NCBI GenBank assembly: GCA_051362555.1
Contig: CM120640.1
Span: 68,922,788-68,986,787, forward strand
DNA: 64,000 bases
Direction: 5' to 3'
Source of the DNA: Lingula anatina
Lineage: Eukaryota; Animalia; Brachiopoda
The notes under the pieces are model-generated. The model did no database searches. It worked only from the letters and a program-made list of their open reading frames with translations, and had not been told where the DNA came from. This document shows, in pieces, positions 49,187-62,300 of this stretch. The position numbers were made by a program, and so were the translations under genes. Numbering within the stretch: the first letter of the stretch is position 1; each line of letters starts with the position of its first letter.

Positions 49187-52100
49187 ATGACAGATCAACA
49201 AACTGTGGTTGTGACAGGTAAGTACTTTTACATCATGTGATATTGTTTTGTAATAGATAGTCTTTTTTTTTTGCATTTTTTTTTATTTAACACATTGTGA
49301 AATACATGAGTATATAAAAAGGAAGAAAATTCTACATATTTTAAAATCAAATCTTTTTTTATGAAAAAATATATTTTTATAGAATTCAGGGATACAACTG
49401 CATGTACTAGTATTTGGCCGTATTTCATTTAACTGGCACTGCTTTGTAAGTGGTACCATTTTACAAGTTTTTTAAACACTCATAGCAATAAATGGAAAAA
49501 GAGAACACACCATATATGATATACAATTTTGAAGGATTTGGACCCTTTGGTTCCCACACAATCAATGCCAGCTGGCTTGCTGTCCAGGAGTTGGCAAGGA
49601 AAGGTTTGGGACAAGGCATTAATCTTGTGGTGGACCAGCTACCAGTGGCCTACTCTGAAGTGAAAAATATTGTGCCCAAGTTGTGGAATCTTAGACCCAA
49701 GGTCAGTACGTATAGGTAAATTCTAATTTTTTTCTTTTTTGTTTTTTTAAATAAATATCCTCCATCATTTCAGGAATAACATGGCTCTTACATTGTACCT
49801 TCATAATTCTTACATTAAAGTTAACAGAAACACATTTTTATTGTGGTTTCTTTTTAATTAAAAAAATGTGAATGGTATAATATAATATAATATAATATAA
49901 TGCCCAGCAGGGTTTATTGGACCACAGTCAACTTGCTGGTGTCAGTGTGCCAATGACTTCATTTGCTGCACTGTATAATAACTTTCATCACGATACTCTT
50001 CCACTTTTAGTTAGTAGTACATGTAGGAGTGTCCGGGATTGCAGACAGACTGACACTGGAGCAGCTAGCACACAATGACGGCTATGAGAGAGAGGATATA
50101 TATAACTGTGTTCCTGACACCAAGTGTTGTGTGGACGGAGCAGACCACTGCCTGGTGTCGGCTATAGATATGACTAAAGTACAGCAGTGTGTTAATAGCT
50201 CTGCTTGTGGAGTGGAAGCCATTGTTTCTACTGATCCCGGAAGGTGAGAATCGAAGTTGATGTCAGATGGCATTCTCTGAATACTTATTGTACCACCAGC
50301 GTAGGCGCTGGCGGTACACATGGTTTTAGTCCCGACCCGTATGTTCCGCCGGCTCCTGCGGCTCCGCCGGCTCCTGCGGCTCTGCCGGCTCCTGCAGCTC
50401 CGCCGGCTCCTGCGGCTCCGCCGCCAAGTCACCGTTACCGCTTCTCCTCCTAGACGGTAAGGGCCTCCATACCCATCTCTTGGATTTAGGTCACCTATAA
50501 TCTCAACTCGTTCCACGTAAAATTTGGGCTTTGTCGGTATTGGGGTCTAGGTGTGGCACTCATTGCAATGCACCCTTGTCCAAAAATGGCAAAATTAAAT
50601 GCTAATTATCTCCCCTACGGAAGGAATTATGGGAAAAATTTCTACAGACAGCTTTCCAAAAGTCATATGTGTAGATTTCATATATGCCCTTGGATTTGAC
50701 CTTTGACCTTTATTTCAAGGTCAAACAGGCCAAAATTTTCAAAAAAACAAAATTTTTGCCGAAAAAAAAATTATTTGCGGCCTTATTCAGATACCACACA
50801 GACTTAACTAATAATATTAATGGAAAGTGTTACCCTTCGGGTCATCTTTCATCTCCGTGAATTTGGGGTCAATCGGTGCATTTTCACGGGAGTAGCGGCC
50901 ATAAGATATCGAAACTTAAAACTGTCTCTAATTTGGGAACTGTTAATGCTAGACACCCATTCTTTTTTGCATTTTGTAGAGCATGTAAAGCCCAACACTG
51001 GAGGTGGTCTCCGTTTTTTTGTATTCCATACCGTTTTCGAGTTACGCTGTATCAAAAAGTACATATTGGTGGTGAAAGCAAAATGTGCAGTACGGTAATG
51101 GATAATAAATTTTGAACTCCGAAAAAATAAAACATAAGCCTTGGCAAAGCAGACAACTTGTGGTCAAAAATGACATTATTTCATCAAATTTGAACATCTG
51201 GAACTTCAGAGCACCTCCCATTTCAAGAATTTTGACCAAAATGACCTTTTCTTTATTTTAATTAATTTTTTCTATAGGAAATTTATGGCACATTATTGTA
51301 ACTCCAAAATTATAACATTTAGTCCCTGATATCTCCAAAACTGGCAGAGATAGGTCCATAGTTACTATTGAAGTTGAATAGGAAGTCATATACTGGCAAT
51401 CTAAATGTGACCTTAAAATTGACCTTTGACCTACTTTTCACCATGAGCTGAACTTTGCAAATTTTGCTTCCCTTTTATCTCCAAAACTGGCAGAGATAGG
51501 TCCATAGTTTCTATTGAACTTGAATAGGAAGTCATATACTGGCAATCTAAATGTGACCTTAAAATTGACCTTTGACCTACTTTTCACCATGAACTGAACT
51601 TTGCAAATTTTGCTTCCCTTTTATCTCCAAAACTGGCAGAGATAGGTCCATAGTTACTATTGAAGTTGAATAGGAAGTCATATACTGGCAATCTAAATGT
51701 GACCTTAAAATTGACCTTTGACCTACTTTTCACCATGAACTGAACTTTGCAAATTTTGCTTCCCTTTTATCTCCAAAACTGGCAGAGATAGGTCCATAGT
51801 CTCTATTGAACTTGAATAGGAAGTCATATACTGGCAATCTACATGTGACCTTAAAATTGACCTTTGACCTACTTTTCACCATGAATTGAACTTTGCAAAT
51901 TTTGCTTCCCTTTTATCTCCAAAACTGGCAGAGATAGGTCCATAGTTACTATTGAAGTTGAACAGGAAGTCATATACTGGCAATCTAAATGTGACCTTAA
52001 AATTGACCTTTGACCTACATTTCACCATGAACTGAACTTTGCAAATTTTGCTTCCCTTTTATCTCCAAAACTGGCAGAGATAGGTCCATAGTCTCTATTG

Positions 52101-53341
52101 AAGTTGAATAGGAAGTCATATACTGGCAATCTAAAAGTGACCTTAAAATTGACCTTTGACCTACTTTTCACCATGAACTGAACTTTGCATATTTTGCTTC
52201 TCCTTTATCTCCAAAACTGGCAGAGATAGGTCCATAGTTACTATTGAACGTGAATAGGAAGTCATATACTGGCAATCTAAGTGTGACCTTGAAATTGACC
52301 TTTGACCTACTTATTATCATGAACTGAACTCTGCTAATTTCTTTTTCTTTTAACTCCAAACCTGGCAGAGATAGGCCCATAGTTACTATTGAAGTTGAAT
52401 AGGAAGTCATATACTGGCAATTTACTGTGACCTTGGAATTGACCTTTGACCTACCTTACAATGAACTTAACTTTGATTGTACCATTTGTAGTTATATATA
52501 TATTTTTTGCATATTTTGAAAATTCTTGTTGATTGCATTTTTACAGCTTGGCAAGCACAAGACTGGTGGCTGTGTTCCTTATTTTGTATATGTGGGGGTC
52601 TATATGAATGCGCTTGCTCCAGCTGGTGGTACAATATTCGGAGGCGGTATCGCCTCTCTGATCCTCTAGTTTAGTCTTAGGGCTCATTCTCAATGAAAAA
52701 AATCTTTCTTTCTTTGTAGACGAATCCAATTCCTCTGGGACTCTTGCTGAGTACAACCAGATTAACACACCTTATTTCCAATGCTCTCAATTAGTTACCA
52801 GCCTTCTTTTATTCTACTAAGTGACAGGAGGATAAATCTACCTACAATACAATATGATACAATACGATATCTTTGATAAATCTACAGACACAATTAAGAC
52901 GCCCATAGTAGTATGAATTTTGGTTAAACAATAGTTTCATTGGGAACAAACACTCACTAGCTTTATTGGAGAGTTATTTTTGTGCTTATCTAATCAGCCA
53001 CTGTCTCAGCTTAATGATTGTATGAGCAGTAGTTTTTAATAACCTTATTATTGCTGTTAAAAAGGTTTTGGTGGTCTCTGGATATGATATGATAAGATAA
53101 GATAAAACAGTTATTCTTGACTTTGAGATTAATGTGAATCTCCAGTATCAAGTCACTTTTGCACTTTTATTTTTCTTTCAGGTTCCTGTGTGATTTTTCC
53201 TATTATCTTTCCCTTCATGTCAACCAGGATTGTGCAGCTTTCATACATGTTCCAGATATCAATAAACCATACACAGTTGAGCAGCTGGCAGAGGGACTGA
53301 GAGTAGCCATATTAGCCATGCTGCAACAGTTGCCATCTTGA
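49187..53341 (+). CDS. PGPEP1: Pyroglutamyl-peptidase I (peptidase C15)
   Basis: Exons 49187-49217, 49535-49701, 50011-50243 and 53182-53341 give VVVTGFGPFG..INASW...LVVHVGVSG...LEQLAHN...DPGRFLCDF...FIHVP, with the Glu-Cys-His triad intact. Confidence 0.95.
50287..52671 (-). mobile_element. HINE copy 2, in PGPEP1 intron 3
   Basis: Same subterminal IRs, palindromes and ends as 5015-7050. Expanded 18-bp GC-rich microsatellite (about 50345-50425) and ~8 very similar 146-bp units (about 51330-52450). Confidence 0.85.
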
Positions 53342-54842
53342 TGTCAGGGCTTTTTTGAGTGATAAAGATTTAATTACAAGGCTGATGAAAGAAATCTGAT
53401 TTTGTTATATGATGCTATAGGAACACAAGTGGTATGGTTTCCTCTGTTCTAGTCATTTAGAACATTATAAAAAAATGATTTTTTTATTTACCAGTTGACA
53501 AGTGGAACTACTAGCTAGCTTTAGACATAAGTGATTGGTTCAAAAATAAATTGATGAACTGTTGATCAACTTTTGAAGATCAAGGTTAAATGAGATGTAA
53601 AAATCAGGTGTGCATGAACATTACTTTAGTAGGAGCATTGCATTGAGTGGAGGAAAACGAAGCCCCCTCAGCCTATATTTCAATTTCTCAATGTCATTTA
53701 CAATTTATGGAAATCCATTAAAACAAGTTCCCTGTATAGCACATGGACACTTCTTTTTGACCCATTTGTTAGGGTAATGAAATGATGCTTAAGGCAAAAT
53801 ATAGACCAAAATGACATTTTTTATTAAATTTATTTATTTCTAAAATATTAGCAACAGAACACTTCAACATGTATCAAGTGACTCAAAAGATCACATGATA
53901 TAAAACATTCATTTGTTCCTTAAACAATCGTTCTTTTAGTAAAACTATAATTTTTGTAACAACTACATGTATTCTGTTATTTGAATGTAAGTAGAAAGAT
54001 TGAAATATACATATCATTTTGAAAATAAAATGTTACTGAATGGAACAAGGTGTGTAAAGAATGGGAATCATCTGAGGTGTCCTAAAATGAGGCCTTTCAG
54101 ACCACGTGATATAAAAGACTGGAAAACAAGAAAATATGCGCTAGCGATATGCACCGAGAAAGTATTAAAAAGCATTGCAGTAGTGAGACCAAAAATGTGT
54201 GAATCCATATTGTTCTGCACAAGAACATAAAACAACCAGAGGGTACATAAATTCTGTCAGCTTTCACTCCGCACTTGCATTTCTGCCATTATTTCTGATC
54301 CCCCCATCTCCAAATCCTGCTAAATCTTGCTTGATTTTATTTCAAGTAACAAAGACCCGGTTCTTTCAGATGATTCCCATTAAACAGATAACATATTGCA
54401 ACAAAAAATATACGCACAACAATAATTGCAACAGAAAACAGTCATGCACACAAATAATTGCAATGAAAAGAATGGCTGACAATATTGCATAGACCATGTT
54501 GACGTACATGTACACTTATGTGTCAATAAACACAAATTTTAATGGTAATACTTTTGTATTTGACTGAAATGATGTTTGAGAAAGCTGGTTAAGCAGCAAT
54601 GACTAGTTCTATGACAGCAGTCTATGATGTCATAGATACTGTGTCAAGACACCTGCTGCACATAGCATCAGCCTAGTAAAAATGATTTTAAAAATTCAAA
54701 GTAACCACTGTGACTTAATTATATAATTACTATAATAATTATTAATCAAATTACTTAAAAACCTAATCTAGTTAATTTTAATTTGAACTAGAAGTATTCC
54801 GAGGACTTGTAGTCAGTTTGATCAGTGGTTTGAAATGTTTAA

Positions 54843-55057
54843 GACTGCATTCCCAGAGATTTAGATCGATCTATCTGGGTCGACCTAACTCCCTGGGGGT
54901 TCACGCTAAATTGCTGTCAGCCGAGCGAGCACGACAGTTAATTACCCCCTTACAGCTCTTAGTAGGCGGGACAGACATTTAAGCCAGCTAAGCTGATGGT
55001 AATCTAGTGAAACTCCCCACAGGGATAGATCGATCTAAAATCTGTGGGAATGGGGTC
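54843..55057. mobile_element. PIF/Harbinger (Tourist-like) MITE
   Basis: TIR gactgcattcccagagatttagatcgatctatc / gatagatcgatctaaaatctgtgggaatggggtc, with TAA on both sides. Confidence 0.8.
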
Positions 55058-56328
55058 TAAGGTTCAGACTCTTAATATATATATAGTATGTTACTGTGTT
55101 GGTTGCTTCAATACCAGAACAGTACAATAGAATAGCAAGCACATTAAAGCCCTTGGTAAACACAGACACTCAACAAACTTTGACATGCATCCCATTTTAA
55201 GGTTCAATGTATAGTATATTTTCTAGTCCTTGTAACATCTGCTATCTGACTATATATAAAAAAACAGTGACACACATCTCTGACTTAAAAAAAAGAAAAG
55301 TGAAAATATTTATTTTCTATCATCATAAGTTGAAATCCAAGTATTTGGCATTGGTAGTCATAAAAATATAATACAAAATTATTTATCCTTTTTACTCCTT
55401 ATTTACACAATTGATATTTTAATAAAAATTTGGGGAATATTTTGACCCCCCCCCCCAAAAAAAAAAAAAGGAAAAAAGAAAGAAAGAAAGAAAGAAAACT
55501 CGATTACAAGAACAGTGCTAAAGTAAAGAATAATGGCTTGGGCCCTGAGTTTCCACACGTTAAAAGAAGTAACATCTCAGTAGAACTTATTCTGCAACAA
55601 ACATAGTCCAATGAAAAATGACTAAAACAAATTTCTAGTATAAACTTCACAGGTCACTAATCAATTCAGTAAAATTTCTTGCCAGCTGTTCTACTAAAGA
55701 TGTTACTTCTTGGTGTAGAAAATAATGCTGATGACACTTTACTACATGTGTGCTTATAAACATGATTTATTACAATAATACCAATAACAATCTCCTCATG
55801 TACTTGAGAAGAGTTTTAAAGGGGAGGGCTGCTGTAACAGCCTCCTAAATGGTGTACTGCAATGGTTGAATTAGAATCCTAATTAAAAACGAAGTTAATA
55901 TTACAATGAGACATCTGCCATTTAAAGTAATGTTACAAACTATATAAAGATTAAATTACTAATTGTTTGATTAGAGACGTTCTGTTTTGAGTATGTTTTA
56001 ATGATAGTTTGAGAAATGTAATAGCTACAGATTCTGATGTGACAATGATTTTGCCAAGAGAAAAGCAATGCAACTATAAAAAACATTCTAACAATTTCCT
56101 TTCAATGTGTCAAAATAATTTAAACCCCCCCCACCCCCCAAAAGGTAATATTAGATCAAATCTAAAACCCCTTTGTCTTGACAGTAAATTGCTTTTAAAA
56201 GCATGGTTCAAATTCTAAGTTAACAAAATAAAACCATTTTCATTATTTGATGGCAATTAATTTTCCAACTTTGTTGAATAACAAACTTTGAATTCTGGTT
56301 ATTTTCTACACCTAAAAGAACCAGCAAA

Positions 56329-59300
56329 TCAAGAACGAACAGTGTAACCTACAAGTTCCACATTATTTTCACAAGAGGAGGGAATATTATTTTTAGGAGA
56401 AGAATTCATAACCAAATTGCCATCAGAAAGCTTTGTCTTTGTGCCATTTCCTGCACTATTTTGGCGAATTGGAGTGGCTCCATCTAGTGGCCTGTTTGCC
56501 CGCATTATGCTTCCACTTGTTATCAATTGTCCAAAACCCTCTTGGTGTGCAAAGGCATAGCCAGACCTTATGGAACCATGCTTGCTGCTGCGATTGAAGG
56601 AGGCACGACTTAGTTTCAATCCAAGGTCTCTTGATTTTGATTTTGACTTGGACAGTTTAGTTCTAAGCCTTACTCTGTCAGTTAACGTAGGTGCTGTATC
56701 CTGTTTATAAAATCTGTAGGCTACCACAGGTAACAGTAAGACCACATTGCCCAGCACAAGAGAGAACCAGAAGTTGGCTGTCGCCATGGTGTGTCTTGCC
56801 GCTCCTGTGTATGTCGTTGTAATGAGCCAGTTGTTCCCAAAAATGTCAGAGTACAGAAAGAATATAGAGCAAAAATAAAATATGATGCTGCCAAACGTCA
56901 TGATGGGATTGAATACTGACCAAAACTGTGTGTCTATTGCCAACTGAAAGGAAGAAATTGTCTGATTATGCTTGCTTTCATCGTGTATAATCTTCACAAA
57001 CAGAGTAATAATATATTTATTTAAGTCTAAAATCCATAAAAATATCTTCTATAGACTTCACAAATAAAACACAAAGTAGAAAGAATTATTTCAAATGAAA
57101 AAGAGAAGAATGTCCAATTAAAATGTTCAGTAAATTATTTAATGTCCAATCATAATTTTTTTTTCTTTAAGATAAGTTTTCTGTAGTGAGAAAAATTCTA
57201 TAAAGGGAACAGAATTCTTTCTCACCTTGAAGTGTTTTGAATGTGAAATGCACTTAATTATATAAAACTGGGCTGATACTTCCCATTACATTCAAATTCA
57301 ATTGAAACAAAGTTGCTTAAAGGGCACAGTTACCAAAATATTACCTTTGAAACTCTTTTGCGTCATATACAAACTCAACTTACCCGGAATGTCACTACAG
57401 GTATAAGTATAGAGGCCACTGTGACTCCGTAGGTATGAAAGTCGGCCACGTCATGGCCTGTGGGGTCCACCCCCATGTTGAAGGCCCCGTAAGGAATGAA
57501 GAACAGGAGAAGTGAAGAAACCACTCCCTCAAACACACTGTGAAGAAATACTTTTTTGTTGAACAGTAAGTTTGATAGGCCTGGTGCATACAGCTTGGGA
57601 TACTTGATTGAATATATATCATTCACATCCTGAAACAGATGAAAAGGTGTCATAATATTAGATGTTGATATCAGAATGTTAAAGCTATTGCTTATTTATC
57701 AAAAAATAAAAATGTTTGTATAAATGAAAAAAAATATTCTGTTAAAAACATTCATGGAAGCACTGGAAGACTGACAAAGTGCAATCATAGAAATGTCATG
57801 TACTGTCTTTAATATTCATCAGGGAGACAATGCAACATCTAAATAGGCACTGGAGCCTTAACTTCACTAACATACAAAAGAGAAGAGATATTCTATAAGT
57901 CATAAAGATGTTTCTACTAAACACTTCATCCAAACTTGCCTGCTCAAATATCCCTATTACCAACACTGGCATTGATGTGTAACATAAGTTGTACAATGAG
58001 ATGAAGAATGGGTCATATAATGTCTGAAAGAATACGATAAATTAAATATAGTAAATATGAAAATTATCATTTACATCATGAATTAAATGCTTGAAATATA
58101 ATTCTAATTATTTAAAACAGTTCCACAATAATAATATCAAAGTGTGAAATTTTTTCAGTTTACCTGTGCAGAAAATCCACAGAAGAATGCAAACCAGAAA
58201 TGACAAAATGTGAAAGTGAAGTTCTTGTAAAAGAAGTAGCGTAAAAATATGCACATCCTGACGTAGGACCAGCGGCCATGACATAGAAGTAGTCTCTCCA
58301 AGTACCGGAACTGAGCCAGCGAGAAATCACTAGCCAGCACTGCTTGCATGCCTTCCTGGCCACTGATGCCAACACCTATGTGAGCAGCTGAAATGAAAAG
58401 ATCATCTTTTAATTTACCCATCAGCAGCCCTGTAGGCAGGGGGGAATGGGGGGGGGGGGGGCAGTTTCAAACAAATAAAAAGACACACCATCTTCAAAAC
58501 TGATGGCTTCATACCTATCTATCCTTATGTACACATATAAGACTAAATAAAATGGCATTCTAGAATTGTACAAGAAACACTTTTCAATTCAAATTGATAT
58601 AAAACTTAGATGCTTAACAGGTTGTGACTGTACATAAAAATTGTGTTAAAATTTTTATTTTTTATCAGAAATTACAGAATTTTTGTTTTTCACTCATTAT
58701 TTCAGAAAAGTATTTAGTGTGTTTGTATACTGATATCATTTTTCTTAACAACCTTTTTTTGTTTAGATATATTGAATATTTTATGGAGACATTAAAATAA
58801 GACTTATCAATAATTTAGGCACTCACTTTTAATCATGCTAACATCATTGGCCCCATCTCCTATTGCTAAAGTGATAGATTTCTTATTGACCTTGACTAGA
58901 TCCACTACCAGCGCTTTCTGCAGCGGAGTGACCCTGCAACAGATCACTGCCTTACATAAACAACCTGTCTCCAGCAGAAGTTGCTCCATATCTTTATGTA
59001 GGGCAAATACCTTGGAAAAGAGAAACAAGTCGTCAAAAGAAAACTCAAGAAAAACTTAAAAGTGCAACAAAATTTTGAATAAAACCTGCTGTCTATTCAA
59101 TTAATTTAAGTCAACAGAAATGAATTTTCTTTGATATTCATCTGGATATTTCTATACTTTTGTGATATATTTCACTGTAATAATTTCCAGAGAATTCAGT
59201 GATGTTAAGTTTAATAAGCATGACTTTCATATAACCAACAATGCACCTTACTTATATTTCAATAATGAACTGTCTCTGGAAGTCTTAATCATCTTAACTT

Positions 59301-62300
59301 CACATTTGTTCACTTTAATTTGAAATTTAATTAACACTGTTGCCATACTAAAATGTCTCATCACTTCCTGTATATAAAGCCTAAAGCATACAACCATAAA
59401 CATAAATGTAGAAACTTCTCTGCCACAGCTCTACTTACCAGGCTGTGTCCATTGATGACCAGAGCATAGCCTCCAAACTCCTCTGTTGAATTTCCATTCT
59501 GCATGGGAGTAGCAGTTCCAGCATAGGAGACGACCTCCACACTGGAGTGCCCAGACATCATGTCTTTGGCATTCTGCAGCTGTTTGGCAACTTGTTCTTT
59601 AGATTCCCCGTCCACTACGAACACTTCTTCCATTTCTTCTGTCAACAGCTTGCAGGAATACCCAATGTTGATAGCCGTTTCTAGAGATTAAGTTGTAAAT
59701 ACTTAATGTTTTGATAAAATGGGAAAGGATCAGAATAAATTAATGTGGTCCAATATTTCAAACTTATAATAGTGTTTTTCATTAGGTTTATTTTTACCTT
59801 GTTTATCCCCAGTAAGCACCCAAATCTTAATGTCAGCTAATGCAAGGTTTGCAATGGTCTGCGGGACACCATCTTGTAGTTTATCTTCAATAGCTGTTGC
59901 ACCTATCAAAGTCAGATTCTGCTCTATTTCCTCAAATACTTCATCTAACATCTCATCTCTGTTTACCATTGATGTGCTGGAAATAGATTAGAGGATTTTT
60001 TTAAAAATATATAAAACATTCTAATTTAAAATATACATTCATGGGAGACAAACAGTGCTTCTTTTTTTCCCTTCTTTTTAAGGAAAGAATAGTAAGGCAG
60101 GTGTTCATGTGTTTGCAATACAAGTACTGTAACTATACAACAGACATTAGATGTATGCAACATTTCTCTGACCGCCAATGCATTACTGGAGTGGAAAAAA
60201 GTGGGATTGCTGAGATGTAATTACACAAAGAAGGAAGTAAGTAAACTTATATGTCATTTCAGGCTGCAGTGGTTAATGTTATAAATGCCATGACCCTTAC
60301 CTTGCTCGGTGGTGTTTTTTCTTCCACTCATTGTAATAATTGGAATCAATCTCCTTGGTTGCCAAGCACAGGGTTCGCAGTCCAATGTGAGCAAACTCCT
60401 GGGGAGAACACAGGACACACAGTCAACTACAGGGTCAGGCCTACCCAACTACCAGACTCAGCACCAAATGATCCTGAATTCACTGGCAGATTGGACTACA
60501 CTGCCTGTTTTCAAGGTGTGCGTCAGTACGCGCTTCGAAGTATCAGACACGAAATCGCTCTTGCCTAGTAGGCAATGTGATAGCAATGATTCTGAGCAGG
60601 ATTGTAAAGTAGTGCATCTCATCTCAAAATTAGTTCCGGGGTATGATACTGTGAAATGTGTACTGACGCAAACCTTGAAAACGGGTAATGTGGTCCAATC
60701 TACTGGTGAATTCGGAATCATTCGGTGCCGAGTCTGGTAGTTAGGAAGGCCTGAGGGTGTAGCTTCTTAAGCCATTACCACTATCTAACAATTACCCTAA
60801 TACTATTTATTCATTTATAAACTGTATTTATTGAGGGTAAAAACATGGTAATCATAAAATTATTCTTCTCCAAGATGCCTATTATCCAGTTTATGCATCA
60901 AACCAACTTTTTAGAATGTCATGCAGATAACCATGTGTTACCTATACATAGAACTAAGCAAAACATAAATATAAATATATAAAATAAAATAATAAATAAA
61001 AATAATAAATAAATAAAGTAAAGCACACTTACATTTAAATGACTAGTGGTTAGTTCTTTAATATCTCCACAGTTTTTATCCAGGTGGGCATAAACAGTGG
61101 TGTCAGCTCCTTTGCACATCAGCATTATCTTGTCATCTTTTTTCACGATCACCTGAACATACCAATAACAATAGTAGAGAACACGAACAGCAACATACAT
61201 TGTAATATTACCTACCATCTAGCCTTTATCCTCCCATAAATTTAATAAATGCTAAGTTAGTTGAATCCACTTTGACAAATGAATAGTATTACGTGTACAA
61301 GTACTTACAGACATTCTTTTCCTGACATTGTTGAAGTCTAAAATACACAACAGTTCATAGATTTCCTCCACCCCATTCACTTCAATGGTGATTGTAGTGG
61401 GAGTTCTAGTCTAAAAATATGGAAATTGTAGACAGTTATAAATCAAAAACTTCAAAAAGTTCAAAACTTAACATTTGCATTTTTCGATGGGTGATCGACA
61501 CTTGAAGACTTTCTCTTTTAAAAAACGAAACACCTGCTCTAAATATAGCACTGTCAAATTTCATGTCTCACCTTAAACACAAATCCAAAATTCCTTGCTG
61601 CAGACACCAGTGCCGCCTCATCAGGAGACTGTGCCTGGTATTCTAACTTGCCTGGAATGTAGAGTCAGTCCTTGGGTAAGAAAATCACTTTTAAATACAG
61701 TCTTGGACAATCAATCAAGATCACTGGTAACCAATCATTATTTTTATTTCACAGAATAGCACAGCATTCATGACCAAACTTACCATCTTTTTCTTCAGAC
61801 ATGACAGTATGACACAAAGCCAAAACACGGAAAAATTCATCTGCGTGGGGATCTTTATTCTGAACTGCCTTTAGGAGTCGGACATCATGAAATTCGAAAG
61901 ATTCCTCATACATATGGTTTCCAGAAAAATCAACTTTTGTTCTCTGGAAGAGGAGAAATGAAACTGTTAAGTGGCAGAACTCCAATGTCTAGCTGCAGCA
62001 CAGATGTTTCAGTAAAACCAATTGTTTGTTATCTATCAAAATGGGTAACCAACAAATCCTACTCATCAGAGCAAATAGACATTTATAGTATGAGAAACAT
62101 CATTTGCAGAGTGCATCACTTTACAATTTATAATAGGTTACATCATACTTTTTTCTCTAGTAATTTGTCACAGCCTTTAAATTGGGATACTTGTTAAAAG
62201 AGAATTGAAAACAGCAAATTTCCTAGGTTTAATAAATAATTCTAACATATACTTCTGACTCACATCACATATTTCCATGGGGTTGCCATCAGGATCATAG

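Noticed and set aside
50082-50516. Protamine-like RS-rich ORF (-) and Pro/Ala-rich ORF (+)
   Set aside because: Both are translations of the HINE's 18-bp GC microsatellite in a PGPEP1 intron; a shorter version occurs at 5080-5110.
60251-60740. Overlapping ORFs of 105, 143 and 87 aa
   Set aside because: They arise from the palindromic MITE and the antisense of a flippase exon.
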